A model generated the notes under the pieces. That model made no database searches, was not told the origin of the DNA, and worked only from the letters and a program-made list of their open reading frames with translations. A stretch of DNA of 61,489 nucleotides, the filler included, from Pirum gemmata (taxonomy: Eukaryota), in the NCBI GenBank assembly GCA_002812295.1. It is 19 parts of 19 records of this genome, joined end to end, with 100 filler letters (N's around TTAATTAATTAA, not from the genome) between each part and the next. Parts side by side here need not be neighbours in the genome. Positions count along the whole stretch, not along the records: positions 24,979 to 27,806 come from PDIN01004510.1; positions 27,907 to 30,703 come from PDIN01004511.1; positions 30,804 to 33,601 come from PDIN01004512.1; positions 33,702 to 36,529 come from PDIN01004513.1; positions 36,630 to 39,456 come from PDIN01004514.1; 14 more parts are not named here. One strand, 5' to 3'. Position 1 is the stretch's first letter; every line of letters starts with the position of its first letter. Shown here one piece after another: positions 25,630-36,670 of the stretch. The position numbers were made by a program, and so were the translations under genes.

Positions 25630-27562
25630 CTAAAACAGATATTTAGTTTCTTTTTTTGGCACTTTGCATACTGCGGAGCTATGCATTAGTATAGTATACT
25701 AGACTATAGTCATAGTATATTCATAGTATGCATTGCATAAGTATCGCATACAACTTTTAATTATCATAATTTATATTATGACATACCGGTATATAGCTTT
25801 CATACCCAGTAACTTACAGTTTTAACTTACCCAGTAGAACTAACTCTACTATCGATACTACACTAGCTAGCTACTAGCTAGAGTTGCTGCTAGTCTACTA
25901 TATACTACAGGACTAACTCTCTAGCTAGACTACTAATGTCACTAGCTAGAATAATATATCAGAGGATAGTCTAGACTAATAATTATTATTATATATAATA
26001 TTAGACTATGATATGAGCTAGCTAGACCAGGAGCTAGCTAGTAGACTAATGTCAAGATATTGTGCTTTTCATTTATTTTGTCACTCCGAATAATTATTTG
26101 GTTGGTTACAATATTTAAATTGATATTTTTAAATTAATAAATAGATAGTAAAAAATACCAAATTAAATGAAATGGATTTTTATTGTATGACAATTTATTA
26201 ACAAAACAACTGAATAGTTAGCGATAATAGACCTACCGGTGTACCGGTAGTGTTGTCCAGTTCAAAAGCTGAAATAAACGTACCAAATGATTATTATGGT
26301 TAAACTACCAAACATGTTTTAATTAATTTGGTAATTTATATATACGTAACGTAATGTTTCATTTTATAAACAAGTTCAATTATACACTTTAAATTAACAG
26401 TATTAATACGTATACCAAATTAAAGATTGAGAGGACAACTGTAATGAAATAAACGTAGTATATAGATACCATACGGCATATCGAATGTATATAAATCTGA
26501 TTATAATGTATACGTATTAATATTTATTAATTAATTAATTATATATATATTATTTATACTGATTTTAATGTATTTATTTATATTTATATATCTGATATAT
26601 CATGCAAAAACCGCCAGAGAAAAAAAAATATGAAGATAATAGCTATGATAATTATCATATTTCATAGCTATCAATAGCTACTGGATACTGGAGGGGCCCT
26701 CCCAGTTGAATGGGGGGGGGGGGGCTTTGCAAATATCATAAAATTATATATATATATGCATAATATTATGATATATATAGACCTATATTAATTTATACAC
26801 TATAATATTATATAAATATATATCACAGACTACTCAGCTATTAATTGGAATAATCATGATGACCCAAACAGATTAAGACCATTTACTTTTTTTAAACGTC
26901 ATCCAAGCATCATCATTTACCCTTTTCAAGCTTTTCAATCGTTACGTCATATCAAATGCATTTATTTTAATTAAATTATTTTAGTCTTCCTTTTTATTAT
27001 AATAGTAGCAGTACGCCAAGTCGAAACCAACAACGCTCACTACAACTGATCAACAAGTACCTCCACCAAGCAACAGCCCACAAAGAAGCAATAGTACAAG
27101 TATTAAAAGAGACTACCACCACAAAGGCAACAGCAGAAACGTGAAAGAAGCGCCCTTATATATGATAAAAATATTGTGAAAACCCTCCAACAACACTAAA
27201 AAGGATTTTGAAAACAAGGAGCAGTATACTTAAAAGAGAGATATTCTGTTACCATATTTAAATAATGTGTAGTTTAAATGTAAAGGGAAACAGGATTTTA
27301 GTAAAAAGGGTTAGACTACCCATAGACACACATTGAACACCAAAAAACAAAAACAAAAAAAACAAACAAAATAGCCATAGCTACACGTAGTTCTAGTAGT
27401 AGCTACAGTTCTACACATCCTAACTACATCCTAACTACATCCTATATAAAAAAAGTTATAAAAAATAACTGATTTTTAACTGGGGGACACCCCGAGACCC
27501 TGACCAGGCGAGTAACAAATCACGTATATAAATAAATAAAAAAAAACTGATTATTATTTTAG

Positions 27563-27760
27563 GGGTAGAGCGGAGTCTCAAAACCAAAGGTTAGCGGTTC
27601 GATCCGCTGCCAGCACTACTGTCAAATGTCGAAACAAAAAGAAAGGGTACCCGGTCCAGTCGCTACCGGAGGGACACCCCGCTATACATCGGAGGTACTT
27701 CACTGAGAACGATGTGCGAAAACTACATAAATAAAAAATAATAATAATAATAATAATAAT
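27563..27760 (+). mobile_element. 5'-truncated tRNA-derived SINE-like element
   Basis: GGTAGAGCG..AGTCTCAAAA..AGCGG-TTCGAT-CCGCT T-arm/B-box, GC-richer body, A/(TAA)n tail. Confidence 0.6.
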
Positions 27761-27906
27761 AGCGTCATAACAATAATAATTATAATAATAATAATAATAA
27801 CAATAANNNNNNNNNNNNNNNNNNNNNNNNNNNNNNNNNNNNNNNNNNNNTTAATTAATTAANNNNNNNNNNNNNNNNNNNNNNNNNNNNNNNNNNNNNN
27901 NNNNNN

Positions 27907-28357
27907 TTTATTATATGATAAAAAAAAGAAAGTAAAAATATATTTAAGAAAAAAAACACATCAATCATTTTATATATATAAAAACATTTTATGATATCTA
28001 GTTATTAATCAACTGTTTATAATAATAATAATATTATGATATTAATAGTTAATTATTGTTTTTGTAATTTCATTTTTATTATTTTAATATTAGTTTTATT
28101 ATATGATAAAAAAAAGAAAGTAAAAATATATTTAAGAAAAAAAACACATCAATCATTTTATATATATAAAAACATTTTATGATATCTAGTTATTAATCAA
28201 CTGTTTATAATAATAATAATATTATGATATTAATAGTTAATTATTGTTTTTGTAATTTCATTTTTATTATTTTAATATTAGTTTTATTANAGTTTTATTA
28301 TATGATAAAAAAAAGAAAGTAAAAATATATTTAAGAAAAAAAACACATCAATCATTT
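27907..28357 (+). repeat. ~189-bp AT-rich tandem duplication
   Basis: Two full copies plus a partial one after a single-N join; may be partly assembly redundancy. Confidence 0.8.
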
Positions 28358-28476
28358 TTTATTTATGATGTTTTACTGGACCACTCTTTTGAATTATAGA
28401 TTTTTGCTTTTGTTTTGTTTTGTTTTTCTTTCTTTCTTTCTTCCCTTCTTTGTCGTATTTGTTATTATTATTATTG

Positions 28477-28660
28477 TATAGTGCTTTTCAGTTTGTCATA
28501 ATAAATATACAATAAAAAGTACCAAATTAATACTATATAAATCCATTTTATTTAATTGGGTATATTTTATTATCTATTTTATTGATTTAAAAATGTCTAT
28601 TTAAAGATTATAACCCTCCAAATAAATATTCAGAGTGACAAATAAATGAAAAGCACAATA
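28477..28660. mobile_element. Complete copy of the AT-rich MITE
   Basis: TATAGTGCTTTTCA (28477-28490) and TGAAAAGCACAATA (28647-28660). Confidence 0.85.
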
Positions 28661-28770
28661 CCTATATAAATATATATATATGAAACAAGAAAAATCAAAA
28701 AAGAATAATAATAAAAAAATAAGTATAATAATTTAACGTTAGTTAACGATTTTTTTTTACTAACTGTGGT

Positions 28771-28924
28771 TAGTGCCTCGTAAAAAAAAATCGAACGAGC
28801 TTTTTTTTTGTTTTTTGGAACGAGTGAATGTTTTTTGCGAAAGAGCAGCGAACGAAGTTCAAAGCGAGTGAGTGAACGAGTGCACAAAAAAAAAGTGAGT
28901 TCGAGTTTTCTTTACAATGCACTG
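28771..28924. mobile_element. hAT-like MITE
   Basis: Imperfect TIR TAGTGCCTCGTAAAAAAAAATCGAAC versus reverse-complement CAGTGCATTGTAAAGAAAACTCGAAC; internal GAACGAG subrepeats. Confidence 0.5.
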
Positions 28925-29199
28925 ACTGACCTTAGGTAGTAAAAAAAAGCACGATAATTATTATTTTTTTTGACTGACCCAGTTTTTTTTTTGATCGATT
29001 TTTTTTCAGTTTCGAACATCCTATTTTTTTATATGAGAACTGAGAGGGTATTGCGATAAAAGGTGTGTTTTTTCGCAAAAGAGTCTTTTTAATTAATTGA
29101 CAAAATTACCTTCGCTCGCCGATTGCAAACTCAATCCGAGCTAGAGTTGCTCTAGCTAAGCTCTAGACCTAGTGGCCCCGGAATAATGTTTTTAAATGT

Positions 29200-29272
29200 G
29201 GGTTAGGGTTAGGGTTAGGGTTAGGGTTAGGGTTAGGGTTAGGGTTAGGGTTAGGGTTAGGGTTAGGGTTAG
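29200..29272 (+). repeat. Perfect interstitial (TTAGGG)11 array
   Basis: Read directly; non-repeat sequence on both sides. Confidence 0.95.
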
Positions 29273-29594
29273 CTCTCGGGTGACAGAGTGGTTGAATTGA
29301 CTATCAACCAGTTTGAATGACTGGAGTTCGAATCTGTAAGTCGCAACGATATCATGTGAGGCTTTCGCTATTTTCCCTCTAAAGGCATGAAAGTAATAAT
29401 AAAAGTACACATCAAAAATATGGCAAAAACACCAACAAACTCTGGAGTCTGGAGGGGGTCTCAGATCATGGTGGAACTACCCAGCTGGGGAGGAATGGTA
29501 GGTCGGAATGTGTGAAGTTGTGAACCTCTCCCGGGATACCCGGGGTACACCTGAAAACGCAACTCGAAAAAAAAAAAGAAAAAAAAAAAAAAAA
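29272..29594 (+). mobile_element. tRNA-derived SINE-like element
   Basis: A-box-like TGACAGAGTGG (29281), B-box-like GAGTTCGAATC (29324), GC-richer 3' body, poly(A) tail from 29567. Confidence 0.6.
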
Positions 29595-30177
29595 TTTTAG
29601 GAAACTTTAAGAAAAAAAAAAAAAAATATATGGGAAATGAAAAATTAGCTCAACATGAGAATGAAAATATTTTAAAAATCAAAATTGAAAAAAAAATTAA
29701 AAAAAATAACAACCTCGAATAATTTAACAATGATAGAAAAATACAATGCTATAAGTTTTATAATTAATGCCACTGTAAATTTTTATAGAGCAAATACATA
29801 ATTCAACGTTGAAAATGATCCAGATTATGAAAACATAATATGCAATTCTTGTATGATAAATTCCACAACCGCGGAAACAGCTCTAGCTTGCACTGTATGT
29901 AACAAAGAAGTAGAAATGGCACATAAATGCCTCCATTCTTTCTGCTCTGATCATGAGCAAAACCAATCATTGGGAATTATTACCTGCAATAAGTGTCATG
30001 ATGATTATTGTAGTAGTATTAGCAAACGAATGAAAATAAGTAATTAATATAGCTGGTGATATTATCTGAGAATATTCCGATACTATTAGGTAATTAATAT
30101 AGCTGGTGATACTATCTGAGAATATATATTATGATAAATAAACAATATCGAGTGATATTAATATTATTATCACTGAC

Positions 30178-30381
30178 GCCTTCGGTGTCGGTGTCTTCGG
30201 AGTATGTCGGGTCGGCTTTCGGCCTCCAATATGCTGCATACCCATAAACTCAAATAATATAGCCTTCGGTGTCAGCGTCTTCGGAGTATGTCGGGTCGGT
30301 TTTCGGCCTCCAATATGCTGCATACCCATAAACTCAAATAATATAGCCTTCGGTGTCGGTCTTCGGAGTATGTCGGGTCGG
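30178..30381 (+). repeat. GC-rich 84-bp tandem repeat, ~2.4 copies
   Basis: GCCTTCGGTGTC starts at 30178, 30262 and 30346. Confidence 0.9.
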
Positions 30382-30670
30382 ATTGATTTAAAATTGTCAA
30401 TTTAAAGATTATAACCCACCAAATAAAATATATATAAATGAAAATGCACGATAAATATTACTATTTTTTAAAAAAAGCCTTCTGTTACAGTCTGCTAGTA
30501 TACAAGATAATACTTGTATTCTAGCATGACTATAACGCCTGTTTTGATACGATATATCAAATCAGGTTCTTTTGTTAATTTCCGAAATTCGCACTAGCTA
30601 GCCGAGCTAGGTAGCCAGCTAGTAGCTTTCTCGGCTAGGCTATTCTAGCCAGCTAGCCGGCCAAAAGTTT

Positions 30671-30701
<31 letters not shown>

Positions 30702-30803
30702 TTNNNNNNNNNNNNNNNNNNNNNNNNNNNNNNNNNNNNNNNNNNNNTTAATTAATTAANNNNNNNNNNNNNNNNNNNNNNNNNNNNNNNNNNNNNNNNN
30801 NNN

Positions 30804-31160
30804 GGGTTAGGGTTAGGGTTAGGATTAGGATTAGGGTTAGTGATGTAATAAGGGTTAGGATTAGGGAGTGTTAGGGTTAGCGTTAGGGTTAGGGGTTAGG
30901 GATTAAGGGATAGAGTAAGGATTAGGGTTAGGGTTAGGGTTAGGGTTAGGGTTAGGGAACTTAGGGTTAAGTGACATAAGGTTAGGGTTAGGGTTAGGGT
31001 TAGTGATGCAATAGTGACGTAATAGTGACATAAGGGTTAGGGGTTAGGGGTTAGGGGTTAGGGGTTAGAGTTAGGGTTACGAATTACGAGTTAAGGGTTA
31101 GGGTTAGGGTTAGGGTTATGGTTAGGGGTTAGTAATAATGGCGTAATAGTGACGTTATCT
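30804..31160 (+). repeat. Degenerate (TTAGGG)n array with GTGAYGTAATA inserts
   Basis: Read directly. Confidence 0.9.
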
Positions 31161-31686
31161 GGACCAACCTATTTAGACCTTCTGTTTAATATTGTAAATT
31201 GCATTTTTTTTTTATAGTTTTTTCAATTTTATTTTGGTATATCAAAATTAAAAGTTGGTACTTTTTTGTTTTTGTCACAAACAAATTAATATATAAAGAT
31301 AGTAAATTACCAAAATTGCATTCATTATTAATTAATTATGTATTTTTTGACAACTTTGTATCGAAAAGCTACAATAATAATGACCTGTACTTTTAACACA
31401 ACTTTCAATTTACAATTTTTTCAGTACAACTAAATTGAAAAAAATAGAGATTTAGAACAAATTACTAAACTTGTATTAATTATTAACTAATTAGTTAAAT
31501 TGTATTCACTATTTTGCTTTTTTTTGGTTTTTTTGTTTTGTTTTATATTCATTGTTAACTTTCAATTTACATTTTTCTTTGTTTTTATTTTTAGTCGAAT
31601 CAAACAGCTCGATCCTAATTAAAAATCACAAGTTTTTTCTATGAAATTTCTAAGAATTTTTTTAAGTGAGTTAATACTTAACATTA

Positions 31687-31831
31687 GGGAGCGTTCCAAT
31701 AATACGTCACGTCAAGGGGTAGGTAGGTAGGGGGTATTTGACCGGACATTAACGTCGAGGGGTAGGTAGGTAGGGGTATTTGAAGCTGTATTTGACTGGA
31801 AATTGGCGTTACATAGTATTTGAATGCTCCC
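31687..31831 (-). mobile_element. Complete 145-bp PIF/Harbinger-like MITE with TTA target-site duplication
   Basis: TTA|GGGAGCGTTCCAATAATACG...ATAGTATTTGAATGCTCCC|TTA; empty-site version AACATTAGATC lies just downstream. Confidence 0.9.
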
Positions 31832-31925
31832 TTAGATCAAAAGTGAGTCAATACTTAACATTAGATCGAAAAATTTCGAAATTTTCAAATAGTCTCGATT
31901 CGATGGTTTTTCCTACATCTCTCTA

Positions 31926-32118
31926 GGAAACGTTCATAAAAGAGGTCACTTATTCTTGTACGAAAACTTTTGACCTAAAGTGTGACTTAAAATATTTAGG
32001 GCATATGTTGGAAGAGTAAAACGAACTGTAAAATGAGTTTAAAAAGGTGACTAAAACGTTTTTGGGTAAAAAGGGCATAAGTAAAATTAAAGGACGTCAA
32101 TCCTTTATGAATGTTCCC
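31926..32118. mobile_element. Second Harbinger-like MITE family (~190 bp; TIR GGRAACRTTCATAAAGG)
   Basis: Inverted termini GGAAACGTTCATAAA / TTTATGAATGTTCCC; related copies ~18200-18380, ~21378-21540, ~49380-49538, ~54185-54220. Confidence 0.7.
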
Positions 32119-35100
32119 GTGGGAGATGCGGGAAAAACCATCGAATCGAGACTAGTTTAAAACTTTCAAATTTTTCGATCTAATTTTAAGTGTTGACTCA
32201 CTTTTGATTTCATTAAAAAATTCTTAGAAATTTCATAGAAAAAAACTTAATACTCGGAAAGGGAGATGTGGGAAAAACCATCAAATCGACACTAGTTCGA
32301 AACTTTCGAAATTTTTCGATCTAATTTTAAGTATCGACTCACTTTTGATTTCATTAAAAAATTCTTAAAAACTTGAAATTCGAAAAAAAAGAATATCATT
32401 TCAAAATTGTTATTATTTAATAATTAGGATCGAACTGTTTGATTCGATTATGTTTTCCCGTATCTCCCTATATTAAAAACTATCATACTTACCACAATTT
32501 ACTAATAGTGTTTTTGGCAACTTTTTTTTTTCGATTTTTATTCAAACTTATATTTGATATGCCCAATACGATAAGAATAAACTATATGATTTACTTAGGA
32601 ATAATAATATTATTATTCCTATCTCAATACTATACAGCAATTTACTAATAGGGTTTTTGGCAACTTTTATTTTCGATTTTTATTCAAACTTATATTTTGA
32701 TATGGCCAATACTATAATAATAAACTATATTATTTACTTAACCTACCTAATGTTTTTCTATATTATCATTCCTATCTCAATACTATGAACAACATATATT
32801 AAAATTAATATAGCGCTTTTCATTTATTTTGTCACTCCGAATATTTATTTGGTTGGTTATAATTTTTTAATTGTTATTGTATATTTTATGATGACAAAAC
32901 AACTGACAAGCACGATACTATTATAAAATTAAAGGTGTTTATTAAAATTAACAAAAGAAAAAAACTAAAATAATTATTTTTTTGTTGTAGAAATTTTATA
33001 TGAATAAATTTTCACTTTCAAATAAAGATACTTTTAGTATATTTTTTCTCTTTTTTCACTTTTTCATGGGCCACATTCTTCTGTCACTTACAACTTACCC
33101 AATTGACATATGCTACCTATTTGTTATTCGGGACCAAAATTATATCCATAATTTGACTTTTTTCTCATGTGAGTTTTTTTTTCTTGCGAGAATTTTTTAT
33201 TCTCGTGAGAATTTCAAAATTCTAACCCGTTTGGATCGAACTGTTTGATTCGATTATGTTTTCCCGTATCTCCCTATATAAAAAAATATCATACTTACAA
33301 CAATTTACTGATAGGGGTTTTGGCAACTTTTTTTTTTTTCGATTTTTCTCATGTGATTTTTTTTTCTTGCGAGAATTTTTTTTTCTCGTGAGAATTTCAA
33401 AATTCTAACCTGAAGGGTAATATATATATTGAAGGCCACTTCGAAATAAAAAATTATATATATCCAAAGGGGTAGTTTTTAAGCCGTTTGGCAAAAAAAA
33501 AAAATCTCATGAGAATCTACCCAAAAAAAATAGGATAGGTGACACTCTGTTTTTGGTAATTTCGCTGCTTATTCCTGGGACGTTAGAATTTTTTGAAAAA
33601 ANNNNNNNNNNNNNNNNNNNNNNNNNNNNNNNNNNNNNNNNNNNNTTAATTAATTAANNNNNNNNNNNNNNNNNNNNNNNNNNNNNNNNNNNNNNNNNNN
33701 NTAATAATAATAATAATAATAATAATAATGTCATATATATTTTGTATTTTTACCTCCAGTTTTTATAGAGCTGTTCTAAATATCCTTATTAAATTTTTAT
33801 TTACGGTTTTGATAATGAGAACATGTTTTTTCGTGCATATGTATTTTTTATTTATATGATATGATATAATATAATTATGATAATATATTTTTATTTGTAT
33901 TAATACACTATTAATACTATAATTATGATTGATTCCTATTAAATTACAGAAAATCATCTAGCTAGGGAAAATCATTAGTAGACTGGACTAGTTAGGACTA
34001 GCTACTAGCTAGTTAGGGTTAGGGAGTGGTTAGGGTTTAGGGTTAGGGAGTGGTTAGGGTTTAGAGGGTTAGGGAGTGGTTAGGGTTTAGGGTTAGGGTT
34101 CGGGGGTCTAGCTAGCGAGGGGTTAGACTACTAACGGTAGTCTAGAGTTGTCTTTCTAATTAAAAAATGCCAAATTATTTTTTAATTGATAACTTTCAAT
34201 CAATTTTAGTATTTTTTTGAATTTATTATTATGTTTTTTAATTCTCATATAAAAGAGCCATTATGTTGTTTAAAATACCAAATAAATAATTGAAGACACT
34301 ATTAGTACCAGTAGTGGAGTGGGCAAAGGATTTTCTTTTTTTTTTATCTTTTTCAATTTTAAAAATTATTTTTATAAATTTTCCGGCCGTTTTTTGTTTT
34401 TCAGTCAGTTCAGTAGCTAGCTAGCTAGACTAGACTAGCTAAACCACCAGTTCACTTGTACCCAAACCTACCCCACAAACCCTACCCCTTACCCTAAACC
34501 TAATCCTAAACCTAACCCTAACTAAACCTAAACCTAACCCTAACCCTAACCCTAACCCTAACCCTAACCCTAACCCTAACCCTAACCCTAATTATAACCC
34601 TCACCCTAACTCTAACCCTAAACCTCATCCCAACTAACCTTATACAAGTTATATATTCCTAACGTTAATTATAACCACAATGATATATTATATCGTGCTT
34701 TTCAGTTATTTTGTCGTCATAAATTTTAAAATATACAATAAATAGTACCATAGCGTATTATAGTTATTAATATACCATGAACATAAACCTGACCCTACCC
34801 TACCTTAACCCTACCTTGACCCTACCTTAACCCTACCCTATGTCTACCCTATTTAAACCCTAACCCGAACCCTATATATTATTATTATATCAATAACTGC
34901 TAACTGTAAGCCACCATTCCCTATTATTTCTATATTTAGTAATGTATGGTTTATATTTGGTAACTTTTATAAATAATGCTTTTCAGTTGTAAAACTATAA
35001 TAACATATATACATGCCATATATGTATATATAAATACCAAATATAGTAACACCTCAACAATACAATAAATAATACCAAATTAATATAATAGAAATCCATT

Positions 35101-35967
35101 TAATTTAATTTGGTATTTTTTATTATCTATTATATTGATTTAAAAATGTCAATTTAAATATTATAACCCTCCAAATAAATATTCAGTGGCAAAATAAATA
35201 AAGTTGTAAATAGTGTCCCATAAACTTTGAAAGGATTATCACTACTGGAATTTTTGAAATAGGAATTTTTGAAATAGGAAGACTAGATTTTAAAAGAAGG
35301 GATGACATGACGTAATAATACTAATACCAACCTAAAAATTGAAAATTTGAATTAAATTACTATAAAAAGTTAACTTATAACTATTAATAGTAATACTTAA
35401 TATAGTAAACTACTATTTTAAGGATATAAATATCTATTTTAAGTAATATTTTTTGCCATCTCAATTCCTTTTGTAACCTATCTCCAAATTTCTGCCAAAG
35501 GGGATGTCATAGGAAAATGATGTCATCCCTCCTATTCAATTACACCATAACAATTTGTTGCTTTTTATTCGATATAAAAACCACCAATTTAATATTATAA
35601 AGTGGCTAATAAAATAATCTGGTATGTTTTATAAAATATCTTAAACTATGAACATATACTAATAAACTACCAATTATTAACTATCGATAACTACTAGCTA
35701 GTTTAAGATCTGGACTAGAAGATCTGGACATCAATTTCATCACAAATTTATTTTTTTTAAAAAAAATTGCAAATAAAGAAGAAAACAGTACTAAAACAGT
35801 TCAACAGCAACATATATTTGAACAAAGTTAGTCTGTAGTTTAGGTAGTTTTGTCTAGTCTTCTTTATTAGAAAAAGATCAAAGTTTTAAAATTAAGGGGT
35901 GAGATGTAATAGTGATGTAATACTCGTTTATTTCGAGCAAATCTTTTTCGAACAAAATCAAGCCTCA

Positions 35968-36529
35968 GCCCTAACCCTAACTAACTAACCCTAACCCTAA
36001 CCTAATCCTAACTCTTACTCTAACCCTAACCCTAACCCTAACCCTCGAGCTCTAACCCTAACTCTTACTCTCCCTAACCCTAACCCTAACTCTTACTCTT
36101 ACTCTAACCCTAACCCTAACCCTAACTCTAACTCTAATCCCAACTCTAACTCTAATCCTAACTCTAACTCTAACCCTGGCCCTAACCCTAACCCTAACTC
36201 TAACCCTGGCCCTAACCCTAACCCTAACTCTAACCCTGGCCCTAACCCTGACTCTAAACCTAACGCTAACTCTAACCCTGGCTCTAACTCTAACCCTAAC
36301 CCTAACTCTAACTCTAACCCCGGCCCTAACCCTAACCCCAACTCTAACTCTAACCTTGGCCCTAACCCTAACCCTAACCCTAACCCTAACCCTAACCCTA
36401 ACCCTAATTATAACCCTAACCCTAACCCTAACCCTGGCCCTAACCCTAACCCTAACTCTAACCCTGGCCCTAACCCTAACCCTAACTCTAACCCTGGCCC
36501 TAACCCTGACTCTAAACCTAACGCTAACT
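35968..36529 (+). repeat. Long (TAACCC) array with TAACTC/TGGCCC variants
   Basis: Read directly; other arrays on the same scaffold at ~34010-34100 (opposite orientation) and ~34460-34630. Confidence 0.9.
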
Positions 36530-36670
36530 NNNNNNNNNNNNNNNNNNNNNNNNNNNNNNNNNNNNNNNNNNNNTTAATTAATTAANNNNNNNNNNNNNNN
36601 NNNNNNNNNNNNNNNNNNNNNNNNNNNNNAAATAAAAATAATAAAAAAAAAAAAATCAAGGAAAATTATT

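Larger units (their letters stand above)
31595..32447. mobile_element. Fold-back/palindromic element hosting two nested MITEs
   Basis: Outer 27-bp inverted repeat with one mismatch (TCGAATCAAACAGYTCGATCCTAATTA); long inner arms 31840-31923 versus 32121-32250 and a duplicate at 32261-32370. Confidence 0.75.

Noticed and set aside
27563..27616. Functional tRNA gene
   Set aside because: 5' acceptor strand missing, anticodon stem broken, followed by a SINE-like body and tail
27645..27730. Hammerhead or HDV-like ribozyme in the SINE body
   Set aside because: CTGAGAA does not fit CUGANGA and no HDV P3/L3 core could be assembled
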